This document shows positions 1 through 10,475 of a stretch of DNA of 64,000 bases, piece by piece. The translations under genes were made by a program, and so were the position numbers. Every line of letters starts with the position of its first letter. The stretch's first letter is position 1. Under the pieces are notes generated by a model. That model saw nothing but the letters and a program-made list of their open reading frames with translations. It had not been told where the DNA came from and made no database searches. Origin of the DNA: an uncultured delta proteobacterium (GTDB lineage Bacteria > Desulfobacterota > RBG-13-43-22); assembly GCA_963802945.1 (NCBI GenBank), contig CAWDKY010000014.1, positions 64,001-128,000 on the forward strand, given 5' to 3'.

Positions 1-108
1 TTTGAACGGATGGTCTGGCGCTGGACGGAATCCTTTTTGAAAACAACTACCTGGGATATTGTCCGAAAGAAAATCGATCGCAGCCGTCGTATCTGGGGGG
101 AAGGATAA
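1..108 (+). CDS. 3' end of a gene truncated by the window edge (function not assignable)
   Basis: Open frame from base 1 (FERMVWRWTESFLKTTTWDIVRKKIDRSRRIWGEG) ending in TAA 106-108, followed by AT-rich promoter region. Confidence 0.5.
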   Translation, partial: FERMVWRWTESFLKTTTWDIVRKKIDRSRRIWGEG

Positions 109-202
109 GCGGGATTAGCAAGTAAATATCAAAAGGGGCATTTCCCTTGAATGGAATCCTGACTAGTGTGATATCTCCGTGTTCCGGTGTCTTATTTTTT
201 TA

Positions 203-230
203 TTGAAATTTGTAAAAAAAAATATATAAT
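203..230 (+). promoter_or_regulatory. sigma70-type promoter (upstream, P1) for tRNA/tuf cluster
   Basis: TTGAAA-16nt-TATAAT. Confidence 0.5.
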
Positions 231-349
231 ATTTAGTTTAAATATAAAAAAAATAAACCAATTCAACTAGTAACCTACCTAATTCATTAAATAAAATTAT
301 TTGTCAGGTTCTGGGTTTCATTTTGTCCTGTTTTTCGTAAAAAAAATGG

Positions 350-377
350 TTGAATATTTTTTTCAATAATTTATAAT
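350..377 (+). promoter_or_regulatory. sigma70-type promoter (P2) for tRNA/tuf cluster
   Basis: TTGAAT-16nt-TATAAT ending 27 nt before tRNA-Thr, A-rich UP-like region upstream. Confidence 0.6.
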
Positions 378-403
378 AGAAAGGTTAATTTCAATGCTGT
401 TTG

Positions 404-480
404 GCCAGCGTAGCTCAGTTTGGTAGAGCGACTGATTTGTAATCAGTTGGTCGGGGGTTCGAATCCCTTCGCTGGCTCCA
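404..480 (+). tRNA. tRNA-Thr(TGT)
   Basis: GCCAGCG acceptor stem, anticodon arm ctgat-ttgtaat-cag, GGTTCGAATCC T arm, CCA end. Confidence 0.97.
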
Positions 481-551
481 GATAGGTTGTTACCGTAATA
501 TATCATAACCATTTGATTTTTTTGCTGTAAATCTTGAGTTAATCCACATTG

Positions 552-636
552 GGAGGGGTTCCCGAGCGGTCAAAGGGAACAGACTGTAAATCTGTCGGCC
601 ATGCCTTCGGAGGTTCGAATCCTCCCCCCTCCACCA
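552..636 (+). tRNA. tRNA-Tyr(GTA)
   Basis: GGAGGGG/CCCCTCC stem, anticodon loop ctGTAaa, long variable arm, CCA end. Confidence 0.97.
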
Positions 637-763
637 GCTATGAAGGATATGGCAGTCATTGACGGGAAGACCGGCAATGCAAAAAGGATGTAGGAGATAG
701 GGTTAAGTAGAGCCATATTGTTAAAACTACAGCCATAGGTTCTCTTTTCCTCAATCATGAAAA

Positions 764-839
764 GCGGGAGTAGCTCAGTTGGCAGAGCGTCAGCCTTCCA
801 AGCTGAGGGTCGCGGGTTCGAATCCCGTTTCCCGCTCCA
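764..839 (+). tRNA. tRNA-Gly(TCC)
   Basis: GCGGGAG...TTCCCGC-TCCA, anticodon loop ctTCCaa. Confidence 0.97.
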
Positions 840-899
840 ACAAAAAAGAACTATTTGTAAAATCGAACGCTAAAGGACAAATAGGTTAGATATAGCAGG

Positions 900-976
<77 letters not shown>

Positions 977-1038
977 GAACCATTAATGGATGTTTTCAGT
1001 CCAAGGATTAAATTTTTAACCAAAAGGGAGGCGGGGAG

Positions 1039-2238
1039 ATGTCGAAGAAGAAATTTGAGCGGACGAAGCCGCATGTGAATGTAGGGACGATAGGGCATAT
1101 AGATCATGGGAAGACGACGTTGACGGCGGCGATCACGTTATGTTTATCGAAGGTAGGGATGGCGAGTTATGTGCCGTTTGACCAGATAGACAAGGCGCCG
1201 GAGGAGAAGGAACGAGGGATCACGATAGCGACGGCGCACGTGGAGTATGAGACGAAGAAACGGCATTATGCGCATGTGGATTGTCCGGGGCATGCGGATT
1301 ATATTAAGAACATGATCACCGGAGCGGCGCAGATGGACGGAGCGATTTTAGTGGTCGGGGCGGATGACGGGCCGATGCCGCAGACGAGGGAGCATATTTT
1401 ATTGGCGCGGCAGGTTGGGGTGCCGTATATCGTGGTTTTTTTGAACAAGACGGACATGGTGGATGATCCGGAATTGATAGAGCTGGTGGAGTTAGAGTTA
1501 AGGGAGTTATTGACCAAGTATGAATTTCCTGGGGACGAGATACCGATCATCAAGGGATCGGCGTTGAAGGCCTTGGAATGCGGGTGTGGGAAAGAGGAAT
1601 GCAACAACTGCAGGCCGATATTGGAATTGATGGATGCGGTGGACAAGTTTATCCCGGAGCCGGTGAGGGATATAGAGAAGCCGTTTTTGATGCCGGTGGA
1701 GGATGTGTTTAGTATATCTGGGCGCGGGACGGTAGTAACGGGCCGAGTGGAACGAGGGCAGGTGAAGGTTGGAGAGGAAGTGGAGATTATCGGGATCCGG
1801 CCGACGGCCAAGACGATCTGTACCGGGGTGGAGATGTTTCGGAAGACGTTGGACCAGGGGCAGGCGGGAGACAATCTGGGGTTATTGCTTCGGGGGACGA
1901 AGCGGGACGAAGTGGAACGGGGCCAGGTGGTGGCCAAGCCGGGGAGCATCACGCCGCACACCAAGTTTAAGGCCGAGGCGTATATATTGACCAAGGAAGA
2001 AGGGGGCCGGCACACGCCGTTTTTCAATGGGTACCGGCCGCAGTTTTATTTTCGAACGACGGACGTGACGGGAGTGGTGACGTTACCGGAAGGGGTGGAG
2101 ATGGTGATGCCTGGGGACAATGTCTCGGTGGAGATATCGTTGATCACCCCGATTGCCATGGAGAAGGAGCTTCGTTTTGCCATCCGGGAAGGGGGCCGCA
2201 CGGTCGGCGCCGGCGTCATCTCGGAGATTATCGAATAA
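1039..2238 (+). CDS. tuf: elongation factor Tu (copy 1)
   Basis: [22 protein letters not shown]-domain motifs; 399 aa. Confidence 0.99.
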   Translation: MSKKKFERTKPHVNVGTIGHIDHGKTTLTAAITLCLSKVGMASYVPFDQIDKAPEEKERGITIATAHVEYETKKRHYAHVDCPGHADYIKNMITGAAQMDGAILVVGADDGPMPQTREHILLARQVGVPYIVVFLNKTDMVDDPELIELVELELRELLTKYEFPGDEIPIIKGSALKALECGCGKEECNNCRPILELMDAVDKFIPEPVRDIEKPFLMPVEDVFSISGRGTVVTGRVERGQVKVGEEVEIIGIRPTAKTICTGVEMFRKTLDQGQAGDNLGLLLRGTKRDEVERGQVVAKPGSITPHTKFKAEAYILTKEEGGRHTPFFNGYRPQFYFRTTDVTGVVTLPEGVEMVMPGDNVSVEISLITPIAMEKELRFAIREGGRTVGAGVISEIIE

Positions 2239-2245
2239 ATAAATC

Positions 2246-2332
2246 AGGCCGAAGACTGAAGACCAAAGGCAGAAGGTTTCATAAAACTTATTACATTTTT
2301 CCTTCAGTCTAATGGCTTCAGCCTTTAGCTTG
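2246..2332. repeat. heptamer-unit inverted-repeat hairpin (AGRCYGA-like / TCAGYCT-like)
   Basis: aggccga agactga agaccaa aggcaga ... tcagtct aatggct tcagcct ttagctt. Confidence 0.7.
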
Positions 2333-2354
2333 GTTTATAAAGTTAGGATCAATT

Positions 2355-2504
2355 ATGCGTGAAATAATCATTTTATCCTGTACCGAATGTAAAAGAAAAA
2401 ATTATACCACCACCAAGAATAAAAAGAAAACCCCGGACAAATTAGAGTTTAAAAAATACTGTCCTTCTTGCCAGAGCCACACAGCGCACAAGGAAACCAA
2501 ATAG
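2355..2504 (+). CDS. rpmG: 50S ribosomal protein L33 (Zn-ribbon type); below ORF-track size limit
   Basis: Hand translation [49 protein letters not shown]. Confidence 0.97.
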   Translation: MREIIILSCTECKRKNYTTTKNKKKTPDKLEFKKYCPSCQSHTAHKETK

Positions 2505-2530
2505 GTTCAAGGGGTGATGTCTGGTCATAC

Positions 2531-2607
2531 AGGCCAGTAGCTCTAACGGTTAGAGCACCGGACTCCAAATCCGGGTGATGGGGGTTCGAATCCCTCCTGG
2601 CCTGCCA
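2531..2607 (+). tRNA. tRNA-Trp(CCA)
   Basis: AGGCCAG/CTGGCCT stem, anticodon loop ctCCAaa, CCA end; usual position before secE. Confidence 0.96.
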
Positions 2608-2639
2608 TTTATTTACGGAATTTAATATGTAAGAGGTCC

Positions 2640-3038
2640 TTGGAAAACATGAAGAAGGTCAAGACGAAGAAGAAACATGTGTTGGGCGATTCCGAAACCA
2701 AGCCCGTAGAAAAAGGGAACAGGCTAGGTCAAGAAGGCGAGATTTCGATTGTGCCCAAAGGGAAAGATAAAGGAAATCTGAAAAAGTTGGGTCCAAAAGA
2801 AGACACGGAAGAAGGACTGGTCGCCAAGTGGGTAGAGAAAAACCAATGGGTAGGTCAGGTCAGAGATTTTTTTCGAGAAGTTCGCATTGAACTGAAAAAG
2901 GTGACCTGGCCTTCCAGAAAAGAGACGATCGCGGCCACCGGCATGGTGATTATTTTGTCCGTTCTGGTCGCTTTTTTCCTGGGTATTTTGGATATAGGGC
3001 TATCCAAGGCAGTGGGATTTTTATTAAAAAGATCATAG
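2640..3038 (+). CDS. secE: preprotein translocase subunit SecE with long charged N-terminal extension
   Basis: EVRIELKKVTWPSRKE motif plus single C-terminal TM helix; position before nusG. Confidence 0.93.
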   Translation: MENMKKVKTKKKHVLGDSETKPVEKGNRLGQEGEISIVPKGKDKGNLKKLGPKEDTEEGLVAKWVEKNQWVGQVRDFFREVRIELKKVTWPSRKETIAATGMVIILSVLVAFFLGILDIGLSKAVGFLLKRS

Positions 3039-3056
3039 GGTAAAAAGGCGGGACCT

Positions 3057-3587
3057 GTGGAACATAAATGGTATATTGTTCACACCTATTCCGGTTTTGA
3101 GCACAAGGTAAAGCTGGCATTAGAGGAGCATATCAAATCCCTCGGGAAAGAAGATTTATTTTCCGATATCCTGGTCCCCACCGAAAAGGTGGTGGAACTG
3201 GTCAAAGGGGAACGGAAGACCTCTTCACGTAAATTTTATCCGGGTTATATTCTGGTCCGTATGGAACTTAATGATGAGACCTGGCATTTGGTGAAAGATA
3301 CCCCTAAGGTAACCGGATTTATAGGTGAAAAAAACAAACCTGTTCCTATCCCCGATGCCGAGGCCCAGAAGGTCATTGAACAGATGGCCGAAGGGGCCAG
3401 CAAACCCAAACCTAAATTCTTTTTTGAAGAGGGAGATGAAGTTCGGGTAATCGACGGCCCTTTTTCCAATTTTAACGGAGTGGTTGAAGAGGTTAAGCCG
3501 GATAAGGGGAAGATCAAGGTGTTGATCAGTATCTTCGGCCGTTCCACCCCGGTTGAACTCGAATTTGTTCAGGTGGCGAAGATGTAA
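3057..3587 (+). CDS. nusG: transcription termination/antitermination factor NusG
   Basis: [40 protein letters not shown]. Confidence 0.99.
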   Translation: MEHKWYIVHTYSGFEHKVKLALEEHIKSLGKEDLFSDILVPTEKVVELVKGERKTSSRKFYPGYILVRMELNDETWHLVKDTPKVTGFIGEKNKPVPIPDAEAQKVIEQMAEGASKPKPKFFFEEGDEVRVIDGPFSNFNGVVEEVKPDKGKIKVLISIFGRSTPVELEFVQVAKM

Positions 3588-3682
3588 AGGCAGAATCCAG
3601 AATCCAGAAGTCAGGATTCAGTATTAAACCTAAATAGAACTCATCGAATATTCTGACTTCTGGCTCCTGGATTCTGAATTCT
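3588..3682. repeat. heptamer-unit inverted-repeat hairpin (ATCCAGA / TTCTGAN-like)
   Basis: aggcaga atccaga atccaga agtcagg attcagt ... attctga cttctgg ctcctgg attctga. Confidence 0.8.
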
Positions 3683-3711
3683 TTATTGATTAATGAAGGA
3701 GAACAGAAATA

Positions 3712-4134
3712 ATGGCTAAAAAAATCGTCGGCTATATTAAACTTCAGGTTGCAGCGGCCCAAGCCAATCCTTCCCCGCCGATAGGGCCGGCCCTGGGTCA
3801 ACACGGAGTTAATATCATGGAGTTTTGTAAGGCCTTTAATGCCCGGACCCAAGGTCAGGAAGGCATGATTATTCCGGTGGTGATCACCGTTTTTTCCGAC
3901 CGGTCGTTTACCTTTATCACCAAGACCCCGCCGGCATCGATATTATTAAAAAAGGCTGCTCAGATAGCCAAAGGTTCTAAAATTCCTAATCGTGAAAAGG
4001 TCGGTAAGGTCAGCCCGACGCAAATCGAAGAAATTGCAAAACTCAAAATGCCTGATTTAAATGCCAACACCCTGGAAGCAGCCAAGAAAATTATTGAAGG
4101 GACAGCGCTAAGTATGGGGCTTGAGATTGGCTAA
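3712..4134 (+). CDS. rplK: 50S ribosomal protein L11
   Basis: [26 protein letters not shown] motif. Confidence 0.99.
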   Translation: MAKKIVGYIKLQVAAAQANPSPPIGPALGQHGVNIMEFCKAFNARTQGQEGMIIPVVITVFSDRSFTFITKTPPASILLKKAAQIAKGSKIPNREKVGKVSPTQIEEIAKLKMPDLNANTLEAAKKIIEGTALSMGLEIG

Positions 4135-4162
4135 GATTTATAGAGAGGTGGGTTAGAACATT

Positions 4163-4867
4163 ATGCCGGAAAGAGGAAAAAAATATCAGAAAGCCGTTGA
4201 CCAGCTTGATCGAACCAAACGATACCCTCTGGAAGAAGCGGTTCAGTTGGCCGTGTCGTCTTCTTTTTCCCGTTTTGATGAAACCGTGGATATGGCGGTT
4301 CGATTGGGGGTTGATCCCCGTCATGCCGATCAAATGGTGCGTGGGGCCGTCGTCTTGCCTAACGGGACGGGAAAGACCATTCGGGTTCTGGTTTTTGCCA
4401 AGGGAGAAAAAGAAAGAGAGGCCTTAGAAGCCGGGGCCGACTTCGTTGGGGCCGAAGAGGTTGTTGAAAAAATCAAGAGTGGCTGGACGGACTTTGACAA
4501 GGCAGTAGCCACGCCAGATTTGATGGGTACGGTAGGAAAGATCGGGAAGATTTTAGGTCCCAGAGGCCTGATGCCCAATGCCAAGACCGGTACAGTGACC
4601 TTTGATGTAGGCAAGGCAATACGGGAGATCAAGGCCGGGAAGATTGAGTTTAGAGCGGAGAAAAATGGGATCGTCCATGCCCCGGTCGGGCGGGTTTCCT
4701 TTGGTGCGGAAAAACTGCTCCTCAATATCATGTCCTTTTTTGATACCTTGATGCGGCTCAAACCTTCCAGCAGCAAAGGGACCTATTTAAGGAGTGTAAC
4801 TATTTCAACCACCATGGGACCGGGGATCAAAATAGATCCATCGTTTGTTAAGGAAATAGCGAAATAA
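4163..4867 (+). CDS. rplA: 50S ribosomal protein L1
   Basis: [23 protein letters not shown] motifs. Confidence 0.99.
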   Translation: MPERGKKYQKAVDQLDRTKRYPLEEAVQLAVSSSFSRFDETVDMAVRLGVDPRHADQMVRGAVVLPNGTGKTIRVLVFAKGEKEREALEAGADFVGAEEVVEKIKSGWTDFDKAVATPDLMGTVGKIGKILGPRGLMPNAKTGTVTFDVGKAIREIKAGKIEFRAEKNGIVHAPVGRVSFGAEKLLLNIMSFFDTLMRLKPSSSKGTYLRSVTISTTMGPGIKIDPSFVKEIAK

Positions 4868-4876
4868 TAAATAGCA

Positions 4877-4940
4877 CAAAGCTCAAAGGTCAAAGCTCAA
4901 AAGAAAAGATAAAAATGTACTTTCAACTTTAAGCATTCAG
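4877..4940. repeat. heptamer-unit hairpin (AAAGCTC-like)
   Basis: aaagctc aaaggtc aaagctc ... ctttcaa ctttaag cattcag; right arm degenerate. Confidence 0.55.
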
Positions 4941-4954
4941 GGATTTTGGTTTTA

Positions 4955-5016
4955 GGGTCGAAGACCGCAGGTGCTTTAAAAAGCTTAAATGAAACCATTT
5001 AGCCTGCCGAGACTCT
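4955..5016 (+). promoter_or_regulatory. L10 leader (rplJ autogenous translational operator)
   Basis: GTCGAAGACCGCAGG...TTAA...CCTGCCGAGAC matches the L10-leader kink-turn pattern, located before rplJ. Confidence 0.85.
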
Positions 5017-5094
5017 GGGGATATGAACTCAGCCGTCGGCGTCACGGACTTTAAAACCTGGATAAAAACGTAAAAAGAAAGGAGGAACCAATCG

Positions 5095-5615
5095 TTGAAA
5101 CGGGTGGAAAAGGAAAAGATCGTGACCGACCTCCATCAACGTTTAACCCAAGTTAAAGCCGTTTTTATTAGCGACTTCCGCGGGTTGAATGTCGAGTCGT
5201 TGAATCGCTTGCGCCGGGAACTGCGGCAGGGCGGCGATGAGTATCAGGTAGTGAAAAATACCTTGTTTAATCGGGCAGCCCAAGAAACCCCGATGACATC
5301 CTTGAAAGATCTCTTTGTCGGTCCTTGCGGGATCACCTTGAGCTATCAGGATCCAGTGGCCGCAGCCAAGGTCTTGGCGGACTTTGCCAAAGACCGAGAG
5401 GCCTTTGTTTTTAAGGGCGGGGTGCTGGAAGGAAAACCCATTTCCGGGGAAGCGATCCGGCAATTATCCAAGATGCCCCCCGGGAAGTATTGTTGGGACA
5501 GGTATTGTCTTCACTTATCGCCGTGCCGACGGGTTTTGTATCTGCCCTGGCCGGAATAATACAGAAATTTTTTAGAACCTTAAAGGCTATTGAAGAACAA
5601 AAGGCCAAGGCCTAA
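5095..5615 (+). CDS. rplJ: 50S ribosomal protein L10 (one-base indel in C-run 5476-5481, probably sequencing error)
   Basis: DFRGLNV, VVKNTL motifs; adding one C restores PREVLLGQVLSSLIAVPTGFVSALAG...KAKA to stop at 5615. Confidence 0.95.
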
Positions 5616-5640
5616 AAGAAATTAAGGAGGATTTATTACG

Positions 5641-6030
5641 ATGGCTGAGAAAATAACCAAAGAAAAAGTAATAGAGTTTATTTCAAATATGACGGTTTTA
5701 GAACTGTCGGAATTAGTCAAAGAACTGGAAGATAAATTCGGCGTTAAGGCTTCGGCACAGGTCATGGCCGTGGCCGGTATGGCCCAAGCCCCGGCTGAAG
5801 CAAAGGCCGTGGAGGAACAAACGGAATTTTCTGTGATCATCACCGGGGTGGGGGACAAAAAGATCCAGGTGATTAAGGAAGTTCGGGCCATTACCAGCCT
5901 GGGACTGAAGGAGGCCAAGGACGCGGTGGAGAGTCTGCCGAACACCATTAAAGAAGGGGTCTCCAAAGAAGAAGCCGAAAAGGTGAAAAAACAACTGGAA
6001 GAGGCCGGCGCGACGGTAGAAATAAAATAA
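5641..6030 (+). CDS. rplL: 50S ribosomal protein L7/L12
   Basis: [39 protein letters not shown]. Confidence 0.99.
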   Translation: MAEKITKEKVIEFISNMTVLELSELVKELEDKFGVKASAQVMAVAGMAQAPAEAKAVEEQTEFSVIITGVGDKKIQVIKEVRAITSLGLKEAKDAVESLPNTIKEGVSKEEAEKVKKQLEEAGATVEIK

Positions 6031-6087
6031 AAAAAAACAAAAAGGATTCCACATTTATAGATATTAAAGGAATCAAAGATTCAATTC

Positions 6088-6150
6088 CACGGGCATGGTA
6101 TACAGTACAAGGTTAAAGGGAAAAGCTTAAACCGTAAGCCGTGTTCCGCG
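6088..6150. repeat. degenerate heptamer-unit hairpin
   Basis: cacgggc atggtat acagtac aaggtta ... ccgtaag ccgtgtt ccgcg. Confidence 0.45.
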
Positions 6151-6191
6151 AAGTTTAAATAAATTTTTCCCACTATAACCAAGGAGCAAGA

Positions 6192-9100
6192 ATGAAGGAA
6201 CGGTCTATTCACAACGTTCGATTTCGGAAAAATTTTGGGCGTATTGAAAAAATCATCGACATTCCCAATTTAATCGATATGCAGAAGCAGTCCTACGAAA
6301 GGTTTCTGCAAAAAGATAAGGACCCTGAACAGCGGGACAAGGTGGGACTTCAAGGGGTATTTAAAAGTGTCTTCCCGATCAGAGACTTCAGCGGAATGTC
6401 CTCGCTGGAATTTGTCCGTTATTCTTTTGGAGAGGTCAAGTATGAGGTAGCTGAATGCCTTCAGAGAGGCATGACCTACGAAGTGCCGATGAAAATCACC
6501 GTTCGCCTCATTGTCTACGATCTAGACAAAGATACTGGAAGTCAGACGATCAGGGATATCAAGGAACAAGATATCTATTTTGGAACGATCCCCCTGATGA
6601 CCGACAAGGGGACGTTTATCATCAATGGCACGGAACGAGTGGTGGTCAGTCAACTTCATCGTTCCCCAGGAATCTTTTTTGATCATGATAAGGGGAAGAC
6701 CCACAGCAGCGGACGTTTGTTGTATTCGGCCAGGATTATCCCCTTAAGGGGATCCTGGATTGATCTGGAATTCGATGCCAAAAATATCGTCTACGTTCGT
6801 ATTGACCGCCGTCGCAAATTTCCGGTGACCATTTTATTAAAGGCCCTGGGATATACCAATCAGGACTTGTTGAATTTCTTTTATGAACGGGAACGGATCA
6901 CTATTGAAAACGGGAAGCTCAAGAGGGAAGTCAATCCCGATTTTTTGTTAGGGAAAAAGGCACCCCGTGATATTATTCATCCCCGGACCGGTGAGGTCAT
7001 AGCCAGGAAAAACAAAAAGATAAACAAAAGAATCGTCAAGATGCTTCAAGAGGCCAAGATAACCTCTCTAGCGGCTAAAATTGAAGATATTGAAGGGTTT
7101 TATCTGGCCGAGGATGTGGTTGATCCCGGGACAGGTGAAATCATTGCGATTGGTAATGAAGCCCTGACCAGGGAAAAGTTGGATCTGATCATCCACAGAA
7201 AGATTGCTCATCTTGATCTGCTTTTCATCGACGGTGTTAATGTCAGCTCTTCTCTCCGAGATACCTTGGTATTAGACAAGATTTCCAATACCGACGAGGC
7301 CATCATAGAAATCTATAAGAAATTGCGACCTAGCAATCCACCTACCCTGGAAGTAGCCAATAATTTTTTCCAGAACCTGTTTTTTAATGCAGAAAATTAT
7401 GACCTTTCCTCCGTGGGCCGACTCAAACTTAACCATCGGTTGGGACTTGATATCCCGTTAAACGAACGGACCCTACGCAAGGAAGATATCTTATTGACTA
7501 TCAAGAAGCTGATCGAACTCAAAGATTCCAATGGGTCGGTGGATGATATCGATCACCTCGGAAACCGGCGGGTTCGGGCCGTAGGGGAACTATTGGAAAA
7601 TCAATATCGCATCGGCCTGGTACGTATGGAGCGAACAATCAAAGAACGGATGACTTTACAGGAAATTGAAACCCTCATGCCCCATGATTTGATCAATCCC
7701 AAGCCGGTGGCGGCAGTGGTGAAAGAATTTTTTGGAACCAGCCAACTCTCTCAGTTCATGGACCAGACCAATCCCCTTTCGGAAATCACCCATAAGAGAC
7801 GGCTGAGTGCCTTGGGACCAGGGGGATTGACTAGAGAACGGGCTGGGTTTGAGGTCCGGGATGTCCATCCTACTCATTATGGACGGATTTGTCCGATAGA
7901 AACTCCTGAAGGTCCCAATATTGGTTTGATCGTATCCCTGAGTACCTATGCCCGGGTCAATGAATTTGGGTTCATTGAAACCCCTTATCTGACGGTCAAA
8001 GATGGGGTTGTTTCCAAGGAGGTCAATTTTTTAAGTGCCATGGATGAAAAGGATCTCAATATCGCTCAGGCCAATGTATTAGTGGATAGGTCGGGAAGGA
8101 TCATGGATTCCACGGTTTCCGCTCGGAGGGATGGGGAGTTCATCATGGTCAATCAAGAAGAAGAGCAGATTCACTTGATGGATGTTTCCCCCAACCAACT
8201 GGTCAGTGTAGCCGCCTCTCTGATCCCCTTTCTGGAAAACGATGATGCCAACCGGGCCTTGATGGGATCCAATATGCAGCGCCAGGCCGTTCCTCTATTG
8301 GCCTGCCGTGCCCCGATTATCGGGACCGGTATTGAGGAGGTAGTGGCCCGGGATTCAGGAGTCACCGTTGTGGCCAAACGTGACGGGATCGTTGAAGATG
8401 TGGATGCCGACCGGATTGTGGTCCGTTATTTTTCGGATAAAAAATCTGAAAAGGCCCTGGGGGCCAATGTGGAAATCTACAAGTTAATTAAATTCCAACG
8501 TTCGAATCAAAATACTTGTTTTAATCAAAAACCCATTGTTCTCAAAGGGGATGTTGTTGGCAAGGGGCAGGTTATCGCCGATGGACCAGCCACCGAGCGA
8601 GGGGAGCTGGCTTTGGGACGGAATGTTATGGTCGCCTTTATGTCCTGGGGTGGGTATAATTTTGAAGATTCGATCTTAGTGGGCGAACATTTAGTCAAAG
8701 ATGATGTTTTTACTTCTATTCACATTGAGGAATTTGAACTGATCGCCAGAGACACCAAACTGGGACGAGAAGAGATTACTCGGGATATCCCCAACCTTGG
8801 AGACGAATCCTTAAAAAACTTGGACGAAAGCGGGATTATAAGCATCGGGGCCGAAGTAACACCCGGAGATATCCTGGTGGGGAAGATTACTCCTAAGGGG
8901 GAGACCCAGCTTTCTCCTGAAGAAAAATTGCTTCGGGCTATCTTTGGAGAGAAGGCCGGTGATGTCAAGGATACTTCCTTGAGGGTCCCGCCGGGTATAG
9001 AGGGAATTGTTATTGGTGCCAATGTTTTTTCTCGAAAAGGAGTGGAACGGGATTCCCGGTCCAAGTCCATAGAAGAGGAAGAGATCTCCCGGATCATGAA

Positions 9101-10331
9101 AGACCAAAATGATGAAATCCAGATTGTTCAGCGGGAGGCCTTGCTTCGTTTAGTGGGGTTATTGGCCAGCAAAGTATCGGCCGGAACCATTAAAGAAGAC
9201 CGTAGCGGAAAAGTTGTGATATCTCGGGGTGAGAAATTTACGGCCGAACGACTGAGCAGGATCCCGGTAAAAAAATGGAAGGAACTCTCGGTTGCTAAAG
9301 GGAAAGAACTGAAAGAGGACGTAGATAAAATTATTAAAGATTATCAGGAACAGGTAAGTCTACTCAAGGAAAGCGCCGAAGGGAAGATCGCCAAACTAAA
9401 GAGAGGGGATGAATTACCACCGGGCGTGGTAAAAATGGTCAAGGTCTATGTGGCCGTAAAACGTAAACTCTCGGTAGGCGATAAAATGGCCGGCCGTCAT
9501 GGGAATAAAGGAGTCGTCTCTCGGATCCTTCCCACCGAAGATATGCCTTGTTTTGCTGACGGAACCCCAGTGGATATCGTCCTTAATCCCTTGGGGGTCC
9601 CTTCGAGGATGAATGTAGGCCAGGTTATGGAGACCCATTTGGGATGGGTTTCTCAGGAATTAGGTAAAAAGGTAGCCAAGTTGATGACTACCATAGGGAA
9701 GGATGGAGAAACCCGTCGTTTATTAAGAAAAATCTATGAATCCAAAAAAGTGGAAGAGTATTTAGGTAATCTGCCCGAAAAGTCTCTCCCTGTTTTAGCC
9801 AACCAGTTTCAAGAAGGAATCCATATGGCCACGCCGGTCTTTGATGGAGCAAAAGAAGAGGATATCCAGAGGCTGCTTAAATTAGCCGGGTTGCCGGAAA
9901 CAGGTCAGGCTATCCTCTATGATGGCCGGACTGGTCAGGCGTTTGATCGTCCGGTAACTGTAGGGGTCATGTATATGATGAAATTGCATCATTTGGTCGA
10001 TGATAAGATCCATGCCCGTTCCATAGGACCTTACTCTTTAGTCACCCAACAGCCCTTGGGTGGAAAAGCCCAATTCGGTGGACAACGTTTGGGGGAAATG
10101 GAGGTCTGGGCCATGGAGGCCTATGGAGCTGCCTTTACCTTGCAGGAATTTTTAACTGTAAAATCGGATGATGTGGTCGGCCGGACCCGGATGTATGAAA
10201 AAATCGTCAAGGGAGACAATGTGCTGGAGGCCGGGCTGCCTGAGTCCTTCAATGTCCTGGTGAAGGAATTACAAAGTTTGGGTCTGAATGTGGAACTTTT
10301 GGAGGGAGAACCTCAGCCGGAGCACCATTAA
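6192..10331 (+). CDS. rpoB: RNA polymerase beta subunit
   Basis: [34 protein letters not shown]. Confidence 0.99.
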   Translation: MKERSIHNVRFRKNFGRIEKIIDIPNLIDMQKQSYERFLQKDKDPEQRDKVGLQGVFKSVFPIRDFSGMSSLEFVRYSFGEVKYEVAECLQRGMTYEVPMKITVRLIVYDLDKDTGSQTIRDIKEQDIYFGTIPLMTDKGTFIINGTERVVVSQLHRSPGIFFDHDKGKTHSSGRLLYSARIIPLRGSWIDLEFDAKNIVYVRIDRRRKFPVTILLKALGYTNQDLLNFFYERERITIENGKLKREVNPDFLLGKKAPRDIIHPRTGEVIARKNKKINKRIVKMLQEAKITSLAAKIEDIEGFYLAEDVVDPGTGEIIAIGNEALTREKLDLIIHRKIAHLDLLFIDGVNVSSSLRDTLVLDKISNTDEAIIEIYKKLRPSNPPTLEVANNFFQNLFFNAENYDLSSVGRLKLNHRLGLDIPLNERTLRKEDILLTIKKLIELKDSNGSVDDIDHLGNRRVRAVGELLENQYRIGLVRMERTIKERMTLQEIETLMPHDLINPKPVAAVVKEFFGTSQLSQFMDQTNPLSEITHKRRLSALGPGGLTRERAGFEVRDVHPTHYGRICPIETPEGPNIGLIVSLSTYARVNEFGFIETPYLTVKDGVVSKEVNFLSAMDEKDLNIAQANVLVDRSGRIMDSTVSARRDGEFIMVNQEEEQIHLMDVSPNQLVSVAASLIPFLENDDANRALMGSNMQRQAVPLLACRAPIIGTGIEEVVARDSGVTVVAKRDGIVEDVDADRIVVRYFSDKKSEKALGANVEIYKLIKFQRSNQNTCFNQKPIVLKGDVVGKGQVIADGPATERGELALGRNVMVAFMSWGGYNFEDSILVGEHLVKDDVFTSIHIEEFELIARDTKLGREEITRDIPNLGDESLKNLDESGIISIGAEVTPGDILVGKITPKGETQLSPEEKLLRAIFGEKAGDVKDTSLRVPPGIEGIVIGANVFSRKGVERDSRSKSIEEEEISRIMKDQNDEIQIVQREALLRLVGLLASKVSAGTIKEDRSGKVVISRGEKFTAERLSRIPVKKWKELSVAKGKELKEDVDKIIKDYQEQVSLLKESAEGKIAKLKRGDELPPGVVKMVKVYVAVKRKLSVGDKMAGRHGNKGVVSRILPTEDMPCFADGTPVDIVLNPLGVPSRMNVGQVMETHLGWVSQELGKKVAKLMTTIGKDGETRRLLRKIYESKKVEEYLGNLPEKSLPVLANQFQEGIHMATPVFDGAKEEDIQRLLKLAGLPETGQAILYDGRTGQAFDRPVTVGVMYMMKLHHLVDDKIHARSIGPYSLVTQQPLGGKAQFGGQRLGEMEVWAMEAYGAAFTLQEFLTVKSDDVVGRTRMYEKIVKGDNVLEAGLPESFNVLVKELQSLGLNVELLEGEPQPEHH

Positions 10332-10373
10332 TTAATCTAAAAAACAGGATTCAAGGGATCCCGCTAAGTATTC

Positions 10374-10425
10374 GTTCGGAGTTCGGAGTAATGAGTTTTT
10401 AACCCCGAACTCCGAACTTCGAACT
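10374..10425. repeat. heptamer-unit hairpin (GTTCGGA / TCCGAAC)
   Basis: gttcgga gttcgga gtaatga ... cccgaac tccgaac ttcgaac. Confidence 0.8.
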
Positions 10426-10475
10426 TTCTTTTAAAAACCTATTTGGCTGTTAACCCAAATTTTTAGGAGTACACT

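Noticed and set aside
1299-2027. 242-aa antisense ORFs in both tuf copies and many other antisense/overlapping ORFs in the track
   Set aside because: They are shadows of conserved genes with no recognisable motifs or RBS.
5095-5615. Programmed frameshift or pseudogene in rplJ
   Set aside because: The break is in a C homopolymer of an essential gene with an intact downstream frame; sequencing error is far more likely.
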